Part shown: piece after piece, positions 19,164 to 28,932 of the stretch
Layout: every line of letters begins with the position of its first letter
Numbering within the stretch: the stretch's first letter is position 1
Assembly (NCBI GenBank): GCA_023230525.1
Contig: JALNXE010000011.1
Coordinates: 844 to 64,843 of the forward strand
Source: Desulfobulbaceae bacterium
GTDB lineage: Bacteria; Desulfobacterota; Desulfobulbia; Desulfobulbales; SURF-16
Direction of reading: 5' to 3'
Length of the DNA stretch: 64,000 nucleotides
The notes under the pieces: model-generated
The model's database searches: none
What the model was told of the DNA's origin: nothing
Seen by the model: the letters and a program-made list of their open reading frames with translations, nothing else
Translations under genes and position numbers: made by a program

Positions 19164-20390
19164 ATGATCACCATTAATGAAAATTATCTCAAACTGCAGG
19201 CCTCCTACCTGTTTTCCGATATCGCCAAACGCGTGGCAGCCTTTCAGCAGAACAATCCCGGCCGGGAGATCATCAAACTGGGCATCGGCGACGTGACCCG
19301 CCCCCTGCCGCCGGCCTGTATCGAGGCCCTGCATGCAGCGACTGACGAGATGGCCAGTGAGGCGACCTTCCGCGGCTACGGCCCGGAGCAGGGCTATGCC
19401 TTCCTGCGGGAGGCCATTGCTGAAAACGATTTCCGCAGCCGGGGGGCGAATGTCGAGGCAGATGAAATCTTTGTCAGCGACGGGGCCAAATGCGACACCG
19501 GCAACATCCAGGAACTCTTCGCCACCGAGGTGAAAATCGCCATTCCCGACCCGGTTTATCCGGTTTATCTCGACACCAACGTCATGGCCGGACGCACCGG
19601 CGTGTTTGCCGACGGCCGTTACCAGGGCATCTGCTATCTTGATTCGGTCAAGGCCAACAACTTCGTGCCGGACCTGCCCGGCCGGCCGGTGGACCTCATC
19701 TACCTCTGCTTTCCCAATAACCCCACCGGCTCAACCATTACCAGAGAGCAGCTCAAGACCTGGGTTGATTACGCCCGGGCCAACCAGGCGCTGATCCTCT
19801 TTGATGCCGCCTACGAGGCCTTTATCCGCGACGAGTCCCTGCCCCGGTCGATCTTTGAGATAGCAGGCGCCCGGGAGGTGGCCATCGAGTTCAGGAGCTT
19901 TTCAAAAACCGCCGGGTTCACCGGCACCCGCTGCGCCTATACCGTGGTGCCCAAGGAATGCGTGGCCTACGACCGCGCCGGCAACCGGCATTTCCTCCAC
20001 CCCCTGTGGAACCGCCGCCACTGCACCAAATTCAACGGCGTCTCCTACCCGGTGCAGAAGGCGGCCGCGGCAGTCTACAGTGACGCCGGCAAGCGACAGG
20101 TCAGGGAACTCACCGACTATTACCTGCGCAACGCGGCCCTGATCAAAAAGGAAATGACCGCCCTGGGCTTTGCGTCGGTGGGCGGCGACAACGCCCCCTA
20201 CATCTGGATTGACGGCCAGGGCCGTGATTCATGGGAATTCTTTGACATGCTGCTGAGCAAGGCCGGCGTGGTCTGCACGCCAGGGGCCGGTTTCGGCAAA
20301 TGTGGCCAGGGCTATATCAGGCTGTCCGCCTTCAACAGCCACGAAAACGTCACAAAAGCCATGGAACGGATCAGCCAGGCCCTGCAATAG
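19164..20390 (+). CDS. dapL: LL-diaminopimelate aminotransferase
   Basis: ORF 19119..20390 trimmed to [24 protein letters not shown]. Class I aminotransferase with PLP lysine context [13 protein letters not shown]. The N-terminal motif is typical of DapL. Confidence 0.85.
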   Translation: MITINENYLKLQASYLFSDIAKRVAAFQQNNPGREIIKLGIGDVTRPLPPACIEALHAATDEMASEATFRGYGPEQGYAFLREAIAENDFRSRGANVEADEIFVSDGAKCDTGNIQELFATEVKIAIPDPVYPVYLDTNVMAGRTGVFADGRYQGICYLDSVKANNFVPDLPGRPVDLIYLCFPNNPTGSTITREQLKTWVDYARANQALILFDAAYEAFIRDESLPRSIFEIAGAREVAIEFRSFSKTAGFTGTRCAYTVVPKECVAYDRAGNRHFLHPLWNRRHCTKFNGVSYPVQKAAAAVYSDAGKRQVRELTDYYLRNAALIKKEMTALGFASVGGDNAPYIWIDGQGRDSWEFFDMLLSKAGVVCTPGAGFGKCGQGYIRLSAFNSHENVTKAMERISQALQ

Positions 20391-22467
20391 GCCCTGCCCC
20401 TTGCTCCGCCGGGCCGGCGCCGTCCCTGGCCCTGCCGGCGGCAGAGGCCTGGCCGGAGAATTGACCGCCCGGCTCATCATCGGAGAAACGCCGGGCAATG
20501 AGTTGAAATGACTCCTGCAGGGCGAGGAAGGCGTCCACCACATCCGGGTCGAAATGGCTGCCCCGCCCCTTTTTGATGATTTCCACCGCTTCGGCATGGG
20601 GGAATGGAGGCTTGTAGCACCTGGCGCTGATCAGGGCGTCATAGACATCAGCCAGGGCCATCAGCCGCCCGGCAAGGGGAATGGCATCGCCCTGGAGGCC
20701 AAGGGGATAACCCGTACCATTCCACTTCTCATGGTGACTGTAGGCGATCTCCCCGGCCAGGCGCAAAAACGAGTAGCCGTTGCCATCCTGCAGCAGCGAC
20801 TCCGCCTTGACCAGGGTGTCATAACCCAAACGGCAATGTTCTTTCATCACGCGAAACTCTTCAGCCGATAGCCTGCCGGGCTTGAGCAGGATACTGTCGG
20901 GCACGCCCACCTTGCCGATATCATGCAGGGGGGCGGAGCGGAAGAGCATCTCAATGGTGGACCAATCGAGGCGCTCCCTGAATCCGGGATGCTTGCTCAG
21001 CTGCTCGGCCAGGACCCGCACATAGTGCCGGGTTCTTTGGATATGGCCCCCGGTTTCATTGTCCCGGGTCTCGGCCAGGGACGTCAGGCTGAGAATGGTG
21101 GTATCCTGGGCCAGCAGCAGTTCCCGGCCCCGTTTCTTGACCTCCCTTTCCTCCCGCCAGAACTTCAGCAGACTCAAAACAGCGAAATTAACCCCGAGAA
21201 CCAGCAGGCCATAAAGCGGATTAATAAAAATCCCCTGTTTTTCCAGCAGGATAAAGGAACCGTACCCTAACCCGGCGCAGCCAATGGCCAGAAAACAGAC
21301 GCTGACCAGGGCATTGGCCCTGGCCAGCAGCAGGGTGGACAGAGCGCCGAGCACAATCAGGGCGGCGAACTCAAAGCCTCCGGCCCACAGCGGCCGGACG
21401 AGAAAATGCCCGTTGGTGATGTTGTCGATGATGGTGGCATGCACCTCCACGCCAGGGTAGAGGGGATCAAGCGGGGTGGGGTGGCTGTCCATCAGGCCGG
21501 CGGCCGAGGTGCCCACCAGCACGATCCTGCCCGCCACCCGCTCCCTGGGCACGGCATCGTTTAAGATATCCGCGGCGGACAGATAATCAAAAAAGTGGCC
21601 TGCCCCCTGATAGGCGAGCAGAAGATTGCTCACCGCATCAACCGGAATGCGCCGGCCATTGATGACCACTGCCGCAAGCCCCCCGGCCTGTATGTCCAGG
21701 CTGACTTGCCTTACGCCCCAGGCCTTAAGCACCGTGGCCAGGGCCAGACCGGGATAAACCTTGTCCCGGTAACGCAGCAGCAGGGGAACCCGCCTGAGCA
21801 CCCCATCGGCATCGGCCGGATAGTTGACAAAGCCCGAGGCATTTACCGCCGCACTGAGTTGGGGGATATTCACCGTGGCGTCCCGGGCGGCAAAGAGAAA
21901 ATCATAGCCGGCAGCCTTACTGCCCTGGGGCATGACGGCATCCAGCGGCTGGAGAAACTCCTCTTTGTCCGGAGCCTGATTTTCCGCAAAGGTAAATTTG
22001 TATCCCAGGACAAAGGGGCCTTGCCGCAGCACCTCGGCCAGGGCCAGATCATTATCCAGCAGGGGCTGGGGCAGGCCGGCAAGAGAAAATCGAACCCGCA
22101 GATCGCGCTCCATCTCCTTTTGCAGGATCAGCAGCGAGGTCCTGTCCGCTTCGGCAAAAATGATATCCAGACCGACGGCCTGCGCCCCCAGCCGCTGCAG
22201 CTTGTCGAGCAGCAGGGCGACCCGGTAGCGGGGCCAGGGCCACTGCCCGAACCCGGCCAGTGATTTTTCGTCCAGATCAACGATCACCGGCCGTAAGCCG
22301 GGTTCGCTTTTCGGCAGGGAACGCACCATGGAGTCGTAAACCTTCAGCCCGACCAGGGACAGAAAGGGCGGCGGGAAGATGGAGGCGAGGGAAAAAAGAA
22401 GGGTGACAAGAAAACCGGAAAGAAAAACAACCCCCTGCCAGCGGCTGGGCCGGCCGGGGGATTTCAT
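20371..22467 (-). CDS. CHASE2 sensor domain / HD-GYP c-di-GMP phosphodiesterase-type protein
   Basis: 698 aa. Periplasmic CHASE2-like N-terminus ([10 protein letters not shown]...WPWPR), TM segments, and a C-terminal HD-GYP domain ([32 protein letters not shown]). Confidence 0.85.
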   Translation of the reverse strand: MKSPGRPSRWQGVVFLSGFLVTLLFSLASIFPPPFLSLVGLKVYDSMVRSLPKSEPGLRPVIVDLDEKSLAGFGQWPWPRYRVALLLDKLQRLGAQAVGLDIIFAEADRTSLLILQKEMERDLRVRFSLAGLPQPLLDNDLALAEVLRQGPFVLGYKFTFAENQAPDKEEFLQPLDAVMPQGSKAAGYDFLFAARDATVNIPQLSAAVNASGFVNYPADADGVLRRVPLLLRYRDKVYPGLALATVLKAWGVRQVSLDIQAGGLAAVVINGRRIPVDAVSNLLLAYQGAGHFFDYLSAADILNDAVPRERVAGRIVLVGTSAAGLMDSHPTPLDPLYPGVEVHATIIDNITNGHFLVRPLWAGGFEFAALIVLGALSTLLLARANALVSVCFLAIGCAGLGYGSFILLEKQGIFINPLYGLLVLGVNFAVLSLLKFWREEREVKKRGRELLLAQDTTILSLTSLAETRDNETGGHIQRTRHYVRVLAEQLSKHPGFRERLDWSTIEMLFRSAPLHDIGKVGVPDSILLKPGRLSAEEFRVMKEHCRLGYDTLVKAESLLQDGNGYSFLRLAGEIAYSHHEKWNGTGYPLGLQGDAIPLAGRLMALADVYDALISARCYKPPFPHAEAVEIIKKGRGSHFDPDVVDAFLALQESFQLIARRFSDDEPGGQFSGQASAAGRARDGAGPAEQGAGPIAGPG

Positions 22468-23066
22468 CTGATGATAACCTCAACCCGCCTGTTTTTCGGC
22501 TCCTTGACATTGTCTGGCGTGGGCACCAGGGGATTCGCCTCGCCATAGGAAGTTACCGCAAGAATGGCGGGGTCGACCCCCTTTCCCACCAGCAGGTCGC
22601 GCACGGTCTGGGCCCGTTTGGTGGAAAGGGTGAGATTGTACTCCTTTGATCCGGACCGGTCGCTATGGCCGATGACGCTGACATCCGTCGACTGGGTTTT
22701 GTTAATGACATCCAGGATCGGCTGCAGCAGGGCGGCAGAGCCATTGGTCAAGTCAAAGGAGTCGGTCTTGAAGTAGAGAAGAAAGCTCTGGGGCGGCAGG
22801 GGTTCAACGGCAAGGGCCGCGCCGAAGGTCGCTTTAATCTCTTCCTCGCTCATTGGCGGGGCAGCCTGGGGTTTGCCGCTGCCGTCCACCGTAACACCTT
22901 CACCCGACTTATCCGCCACCTGGCTGCCCTGCGCATTGGTTACCTCGATGCTCCCCACCTTACCGTCCTGATCCGGCAGCAGAACAATCATGCTTTTTTG
23001 CGAAGCGCAGGCGGACAACAGAAGCAGCAGAACCAGGCAGGACACAATTGCAACAAAACCTTTCAT
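22464..23066 (-). CDS. OmpA-family lipoprotein
   Basis: 200 aa. Lipobox LLLLLSAC. OmpA_C motif VIGHSDRSGSKEYNLTLSTKRAQTVRDLL...NRRVEV. The stop overlaps the CHASE2 gene start. Confidence 0.8.
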   Translation of the reverse strand: MKGFVAIVSCLVLLLLLSACASQKSMIVLLPDQDGKVGSIEVTNAQGSQVADKSGEGVTVDGSGKPQAAPPMSEEEIKATFGAALAVEPLPPQSFLLYFKTDSFDLTNGSAALLQPILDVINKTQSTDVSVIGHSDRSGSKEYNLTLSTKRAQTVRDLLVGKGVDPAILAVTSYGEANPLVPTPDNVKEPKNRRVEVIIR

Positions 23067-23127
23067 AAGTGCTCCCCTTCTTCATAACGAAATTCTGATG
23101 AAATCACCATTTACGAGGCAATACTTG

Positions 23128-23574
23128 TCAATTACCTGCAATTTTGGCGGCAAATCTGGTGCCCCGGATGGCAATGGTGCCCACCGGCGTCTCGATCTTG
23201 ATGGAATCCGGCGAGAGTTTGCCTATCAACCCGGACACATAAACGAATGTCCCCCTGACCATTTTCGCCAGCATGTAAAAACTACCCTGATCCGGGACAA
23301 AGACATATTCCTTTAACTCCAGCTCACTTTCCGGCCCCAGTGAAAAAATGGTATTATCCCGCAGAATGATGCCCACCGAGCCATCCTTGCCGGTGCTGAT
23401 CACATCATTTGCATAGATTTTCATCCCCCTTTCGGCGCTGAGTGTCATATCCTGCCGCTTGACCAAGACACTGCCCTGGACATTTTTCACGCTGCCGGCA
23501 AAATCATCCGCCGCAAAGACCGGCCAGGATGCGGCCAGGATAAACAGCAACAAAAAAATCACAATACGATGCAT
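23128..23574 (-). CDS. FecR-domain secreted protein
   Basis: ORF trimmed to MHRIVIFLLLFILAASWPVFA. The body (GSVLVKRQD...I.TGKDGSVGIILRDNTIFSLGPESEL) resembles a FecR domain. FecR-OmpA-CHASE2 is a recurrent operon arrangement. Confidence 0.7.
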   Translation of the reverse strand: MHRIVIFLLLFILAASWPVFAADDFAGSVKNVQGSVLVKRQDMTLSAERGMKIYANDVISTGKDGSVGIILRDNTIFSLGPESELELKEYVFVPDQGSFYMLAKMVRGTFVYVSGLIGKLSPDSIKIETPVGTIAIRGTRFAAKIAGN

Positions 23575-23665
23575 GGGCCACCTCCGCTTTTGACAACCGA
23601 ATTTTACCATTTTTATAGACTAGCAAATTTGCCAGGCGATTGCCAAGAGATGTTTTGCCAGGATG

Positions 23666-24784
23666 TCAGGTCAGATCACCGATGATGCGCTCAATCTCCC
23701 TTTGCTGTTTTTCAATGCTCTCGGCCAGGGAGAACTGGACCAGGGCCCGCTGAAGATTCTGCTCAGGCGATGCTGTCTTGAAATAGACGTTGCCCTGCAG
23801 ATAATCGGTAAAAAAACGCAGACCCAGCTCAAAGGCGATGAGCCGTGCCCCGGCATAAAAGTAGTCATAATCATGGGGAGTGAGAAAACCGCGGGCCTCT
23901 GCCACGTAACCCCGCAGAATTTCCCGGCACAGCTCCGTGTCAAAAGAAACGGGCAACGGGCCTTCTTCCCCCTGGCCGTTGCAGCAGGAACGCAGACAGT
24001 CGCCGATATCGTACTGGATGAGGCCGGGTTTCACCGTATCAAGATCAATCAGGCTCACCGCCCGGCCCGTCCGTTCGGCAAAGAGGATGTTGCTGAGTTT
24101 GGGGTCGCCGTGAATGGGCCGGCTGAAGAGCTTCCCCTCTTTTCTGGCATCCTCCAGGACGTGGACCAAGGCCCGGCGCCGGGCAATAAAATCATGGCAG
24201 AAACGGATGTCCGCCGGGTTCCGCCGGCCTGCCGCGGCCGCCACCCGGTCATACTGGGCGAGATAGAGCGGGGTGACGTGAAAGCCTGGCAGGGTATCAT
24301 GGAGCCGGGCCGGCTCAAGACCGCTGATGAGCTGGTGGAAACGGCCCAGAGCGCGCCCCGCCTCACCGGCCTGGAAGGGGCTCTGCACCGTGGCAAAACT
24401 CCGGCAGCCGGCAATAAAATGCAGCACCCGCCAGCAGCCGTTGTCCCGGTCCCGGTAAAAATCCCTGCCCGCCAGGGTTTGCCGGATGACCGGCATCCGC
24501 CAGCTGCCGGGATTGCCCTCGGCCGCCAGCTCAGCCGCCACATGATCGCAGACGGTCCGCAGATTTTCCATAACCCATTCCGGCTGGGCAAAAACCGCGG
24601 AGCTGAGGCGCTGCAGGATAAAACGGGGTTCATCCTGCCCGGCTACGGTCACCAGAAAGGTGTCGTTGACCCTGCCGGTTCCGTATTCCCGTATATCTTT
24701 GATTGCCGGGGCGGCAAAAAACTGTGCTGCCACGGCGTGGAGGTCAGCCGCCATCTCTTCTCCCATTTTTTTTACTGATAGCAT
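23666..24784 (-). CDS. aminoglycoside-phosphotransferase-fold kinase (APH/ChoK family)
   Basis: 372 aa. GTGRVNDTFLV (nucleotide loop), the Brenner motif HGDPKLSNILF, and the DLDTV metal site. The + ORF 23663..24778 is its shadow. Confidence 0.7.
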   Translation of the reverse strand: MLSVKKMGEEMAADLHAVAAQFFAAPAIKDIREYGTGRVNDTFLVTVAGQDEPRFILQRLSSAVFAQPEWVMENLRTVCDHVAAELAAEGNPGSWRMPVIRQTLAGRDFYRDRDNGCWRVLHFIAGCRSFATVQSPFQAGEAGRALGRFHQLISGLEPARLHDTLPGFHVTPLYLAQYDRVAAAAGRRNPADIRFCHDFIARRRALVHVLEDARKEGKLFSRPIHGDPKLSNILFAERTGRAVSLIDLDTVKPGLIQYDIGDCLRSCCNGQGEEGPLPVSFDTELCREILRGYVAEARGFLTPHDYDYFYAGARLIAFELGLRFFTDYLQGNVYFKTASPEQNLQRALVQFSLAESIEKQQREIERIIGDLT

Positions 24785-24854
24785 TTTTTTATCTTTACGA
24801 ACACTTATTCAAACGGTTATAAGAGTTTTTGTAAACCTTAAAAAAAAGAGGATC

Positions 24855-25658
24855 ATGAAGATAAGCAAACACCACTCCTTGCATATGGCCTTCCTGTGGC
24901 CTTTCTTCCTGCTGCTGCTTGTCCAGCTCATGTTGACAACCGGCTGCAGCACCCTTTCACCAACCCCGGTCAAAACAGCCCTTGCCCCGCCATCATCCGA
25001 TTGCTACCGGCTCGGCTATACCATCCAGGCCGGCGCCTTTACCGATGTGGAGCATGCTGCCCGCCTGAGCAGAACACTGGAAAATCAGGGGCTTAACGCC
25101 TACTTCTTCCGGCACAGTTCAGGCCTCTACAAGGTACGCTTCGGCAATTACCCCTCACTGCAGGAGGCCACCCGCCAGGCCGAGAACTTTCTGCGCGCCG
25201 GCATCATCAGCGACTACTATCTCGTCGCGCCGGAATCCTACGCCCTGGCCAAGAGAGATGAGCTGGGCGAGGAGTATCTTCGGGATCAACTGCTCGACAC
25301 CGCCGTAGAATTCGTCGGCATCCGCTACAAATGGGGCGGGGTATCCCAGGAAGATGGATTTGACTGCAGCGGGCTGACCATGGCCGTGTATCAGTTGAAC
25401 GGTCTTGACCTGCCCCGCACCTCAAAGAGTCAGTTTCACTCCGGCAAACCCGTCGACAAAGACGAACTCAAAAAAGGCGATCTGGTCTTTTTCGCCACCA
25501 GGGGCGGCAAACGCATTACCCATGTGGGCATATACGCCGGCAACAACACCTTCATCCATGCCCCGCGCAAGGGAAAACAAATCGAGACCTCTTCTCTGTC
25601 CAGCAAATATTTCGCCTCCCACTTCATTGGCGCCAGAACGTTTCTGGGCAACAGCTAG
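24855..25658 (+). CDS. SPOR-domain plus NlpC/P60 (C40) cell-wall peptidase lipoprotein
   Basis: Trimmed to MKISKHH... with lipobox LTTGC. SPOR-like YTIQAGAFTDVEHAARL. NlpC/P60 YKWGG...GFDCSGL...H...H. Confidence 0.8.
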   Translation: MKISKHHSLHMAFLWPFFLLLLVQLMLTTGCSTLSPTPVKTALAPPSSDCYRLGYTIQAGAFTDVEHAARLSRTLENQGLNAYFFRHSSGLYKVRFGNYPSLQEATRQAENFLRAGIISDYYLVAPESYALAKRDELGEEYLRDQLLDTAVEFVGIRYKWGGVSQEDGFDCSGLTMAVYQLNGLDLPRTSKSQFHSGKPVDKDELKKGDLVFFATRGGKRITHVGIYAGNNTFIHAPRKGKQIETSSLSSKYFASHFIGARTFLGNS

Positions 25659-25667
25659 CATGCAGCC

Positions 25668-26576
25668 ATGCCCTGCCTGAAAAAAATTATTGCCTGCTGT
25701 CTCCCCCTTATTTTTTTCCTCTCCCTGCCGGTGGCCCAGGCCGCCGGCCGGGAAAAAATCCCGGTGTTTGTTTCTATTATTCCCCAGGCCTTTTTTGTGG
25801 AGAAAATCGGCGGGGACAGGGTTGCGGTGGAAGTACTGGTCCAGCCCGGACAAAGCCCGCACACTTATGCCCCAACGCCGCGGCAGATGGCAAGGCTGGC
25901 CGAGGCCAGGGTTTATTTCCGCATCGGCATCGCCTTTGAAAACGGTTTGCTGCCCAAACTGCATAGCACCATGCCCGCGCTGCCCATCGTTGACACCAGG
26001 GATGGGATCACCCTGGAAAAAATGACGGCCCAGGATGAGGAAGCAGAGGCGGAACACGGCCACGGCCACCACGGCGAGGAGCTCGACCCCCACATCTGGC
26101 TCGATCCTCTGCTGGTCAAAAAACAGGCGGAAACCATCAAGGACACACTGGTTCAGCTTGACCCGGAGGGCCAGCCGCTCTATGAAAAAAACTTCACCGC
26201 TTTCTGCGCCGACCTTGATGCGCTGCATGCCAGACTGAGCAAGGCCCTGGCCCCGTTGCGGGGCAAGAGTTTTTTTGTTTTTCACCCGGCCTTCGGCTAT
26301 TTTGCCAAGGCGTACGGGCTGAAACAGATTGCCGTGGAAACGGGAGGCAAGGCGCCCAGCGCCCGGCATCTGGCCAGCCTGATCGATCTGGCCAAGAGGC
26401 AGGGGGTCAGAGTGCTGTTCGTGCAGCCCCAGTTCTCGCAGAAAAGCGCCCTGACTGTGGCCCAGGCTATCAATGGGGCGGTGGTTCCCCTCGATGACCT
26501 GGCCAAGGATTACTTCACCAACATGAACCACATCGCCGAGGCCCTGGAAAAGGCGTTAGGCACGGCCGCAAAATAA
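25668..26576 (+). CDS. znuA: zinc ABC transporter substrate-binding protein
   Basis: 302 aa. Signal peptide, the His-rich loop EAEHGHGHHGEELDPHIWLDP, and the ZnuA/TroA fold motif FHPAFGYFA. Confidence 0.8.
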   Translation: MPCLKKIIACCLPLIFFLSLPVAQAAGREKIPVFVSIIPQAFFVEKIGGDRVAVEVLVQPGQSPHTYAPTPRQMARLAEARVYFRIGIAFENGLLPKLHSTMPALPIVDTRDGITLEKMTAQDEEAEAEHGHGHHGEELDPHIWLDPLLVKKQAETIKDTLVQLDPEGQPLYEKNFTAFCADLDALHARLSKALAPLRGKSFFVFHPAFGYFAKAYGLKQIAVETGGKAPSARHLASLIDLAKRQGVRVLFVQPQFSQKSALTVAQAINGAVVPLDDLAKDYFTNMNHIAEALEKALGTAAK

Positions 26577-26596
26577 CCATTACTTCTCCAGGGCCT

Positions 26597-28900
26597 TCAG
26601 CTGCGGGCGCTGATCAATTCCGCCTTCACCGCCAGACCTATCTTTTTCAGGACAAACGGCTTGCGGACATAGGCCCCGGCCCCCAGCCTCTCTGCTTCCT
26701 TGACCCGATGCGTTTCCGAAAAGCCGCTGACAATGATGGCCTTCTGGGCGGGATGCATTTCCAGAATCCTCCGGTAGGTCTCAAGACCGTCCATGCCCGG
26801 CTCCATGATCATGTCAATGAGCAGCAGATCCACCTGATTGTCCCGCATATGGGCAATCGCCTCTTCCCCGCTTGCCACGGCAGTGATCAAGTAACCGAGT
26901 TTCCCCAGCATTTCCGCTGCCAGTTCCCGCTGTTCCTTAATATCATCCACCACCAGGATGGACTCGCCGCTGCCCATGTAATCCCGCAGGGCTAAATCCC
27001 GTTCATCTTCCGGCCTGCCCTTTCTGGTTACGGGAAAATAGAGGGTAAACGTCGCGCCCCGGCCCTCAACGCTTTCCACCTGGATATAGCCGTGATGGTC
27101 CTTTACCGTGCCCCAGACCACCGCCATGCCCAAGCCCGTTCCGCTTCTGCCCATCACCTTTTTCGTATAAAAAGGTTCAAATATCCTGCCCAGATCCTGG
27201 GCGGAAATGCCGATTCCCGTGTCCGAGATGGTAAAAATCACATATTCGCCCTCTTCCACATGGTCATAGCCCCTGAGCGGTTTGTCCACATAGCGGTTGC
27301 TGGTGGTGATCATGACCTCGCCGCCGTCGGGCATGGCCTCGGCGGCATTAAAAACCAGATTCATCACCGTTTTGGACAGATGGACCGGAGAACCGCAGAT
27401 ATCCAGCAGATCCGGAGCCAGGTTGGTGGCAAAGACAACCTGCGGGTGCAGAGCGCGTAAACTTTCATGTTCCGGGCTGCGCAGGTATTCGCTGACCGTC
27501 TGATTGAGATTCATCACCGTGCTTTCAATCACCCCCCGCCTGGCCATGGTCAGCAGATCCTGGACGATGGCGGCGGCCTTGTGCCCGGACTGCTGGATGG
27601 CGAGCAGCGGCGCCCTGAGGCGGCTGTCCGCGGGCAGATCAAGCAGTAACAGTTCAGGATAACTGATGATCGCCCCGAGAATATTATTGAGGTCATGGGC
27701 CACCCCGCCTGCCAGGGTGCCCAGGGCCTCCATGCGCTGAGCCCTTTGCACCTGGATTTCCAGTTTCCGCCTTTCCTGCTCGGCCCATTTTCTTTCGCTG
27801 GTTTCCCGGTCACGCAGGACAATGGCATCATGCAGGTCCCGGGTCATGTTGTTGAAGGATTCAGCCAGCAGGCCGATTTCATCCTTTGCCCGGACATCCA
27901 CCCTTTGCTGCAGGTCACCCTGGGCCAGGCGGCTGGTCGCCCGGCTGAGCTGCAGAATCGGCTTGGTTATTCCCCGGGCCAGAAAAAGGGAAAGCAGAAT
28001 GGCGGCAAGGAGAACAGCCAGGGAAATGGCAAACACCATATTGCGCAATCTGCTGGGCGCACGCATGAATTTATCATAGGGCAGGACGGCCATGACCAGC
28101 CATTTTCCGCCCGGCACCGGCGAGTAAGCCACGAAGCCATCAACTCCCAGCAGGCTGGCCCGGTGGAATCCGGCATGCATTTCCCTGGCCCGGCTAATCA
28201 GCTCTTCCGACGGGGGGTTATCGCCGGCTATCTTCCCCATGATTTTCTCCTGTTGCGGATGGGAGATAATCCTGCCGGCAGCATCCAGCAGGATGAGAAA
28301 GCCTGTTTCGTCAAAAGTGAACTGCTGAAAATCCTTGAGGAAATCCATCAGGGGAATACCACCGACGATCACTCCTTCAAATTCTGCGAAAAAATTCTGC
28401 CGGCAGTAGGCAAACTGCACCACCATTTCCTCGGGCAGGCCAGCGGCAGTGGGAAATACGGAGATCACCTCGTTAGGCAGCCAGGTTGCCTCTTCAAAGA
28501 GAAACGTTGTGCTGAGGTCAACAAGTTTTTCCGGCCTTTCAACCCCGTTGACCAGCTTCATCTCCTCAACCCCGTCTTCGCGCACATAGGCGAGGGTGGG
28601 AAATTCCGTCATAAAGCCGTTAAAATGCTGGATCAGTACCGGCTCATGATATTCCCGGGTGTAGGCCTCGATGGCCTCACTGGTCGCCATGGTTCTGAAT
28701 TTTTCCTCCTTGTACTGAATCATGGCGCTGAGCTTCTGGGCCTGGTCCTGGGCGATGTTGCGTAGACGCTGTTCCTGGGTTTTCTTCAGGGAATCAACCA
28801 TTAGGACATAGCTGGAAAAGCCCAGCAGAGTACAGACGAGCAGGACAAGCCCTATCTGCGATACGAGAATTTTGGTCTTGATTGATCGAAACACGCCCAT
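26597..28900 (-). CDS. hybrid sensor histidine kinase (Cache-like periplasmic domain, HAMP, HisKA, HATPase, C-terminal receiver)
   Basis: 767 aa. Two TM segments flank a roughly 270 aa extracytoplasmic domain. HAMP (ITKPILQLSRATSRLAQGDL), H-box GGVAHDLNNIL, G-boxes DTGIGI and GTGLGM, receiver ILVVDD...DLLLIDMIMPGMDG. Confidence 0.85.
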   Translation of the reverse strand: MGVFRSIKTKILVSQIGLVLLVCTLLGFSSYVLMVDSLKKTQEQRLRNIAQDQAQKLSAMIQYKEEKFRTMATSEAIEAYTREYHEPVLIQHFNGFMTEFPTLAYVREDGVEEMKLVNGVERPEKLVDLSTTFLFEEATWLPNEVISVFPTAAGLPEEMVVQFAYCRQNFFAEFEGVIVGGIPLMDFLKDFQQFTFDETGFLILLDAAGRIISHPQQEKIMGKIAGDNPPSEELISRAREMHAGFHRASLLGVDGFVAYSPVPGGKWLVMAVLPYDKFMRAPSRLRNMVFAISLAVLLAAILLSLFLARGITKPILQLSRATSRLAQGDLQQRVDVRAKDEIGLLAESFNNMTRDLHDAIVLRDRETSERKWAEQERRKLEIQVQRAQRMEALGTLAGGVAHDLNNILGAIISYPELLLLDLPADSRLRAPLLAIQQSGHKAAAIVQDLLTMARRGVIESTVMNLNQTVSEYLRSPEHESLRALHPQVVFATNLAPDLLDICGSPVHLSKTVMNLVFNAAEAMPDGGEVMITTSNRYVDKPLRGYDHVEEGEYVIFTISDTGIGISAQDLGRIFEPFYTKKVMGRSGTGLGMAVVWGTVKDHHGYIQVESVEGRGATFTLYFPVTRKGRPEDERDLALRDYMGSGESILVVDDIKEQRELAAEMLGKLGYLITAVASGEEAIAHMRDNQVDLLLIDMIMEPGMDGLETYRRILEMHPAQKAIIVSGFSETHRVKEAERLGAGAYVRKPFVLKKIGLAVKAELISARS

Positions 28901-28932
28901 GCCCTTATAGAGAGTTATGCCTATAGAGCCCT

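Noticed and set aside
23663-24778. 371 aa + strand ORF, almost coextensive with the 372 aa minus-strand ORF
   Set aside because: Only the minus-strand product has kinase-fold motifs (HGDPKLSNILF, DLDTV). The + product has shadow-type composition.
25422-26531. 369 aa minus-strand ORF over znuA
   Set aside because: It is antisense to a gene with a signal peptide, a His-rich loop and ZnuA motifs, and it has no motifs of its own.
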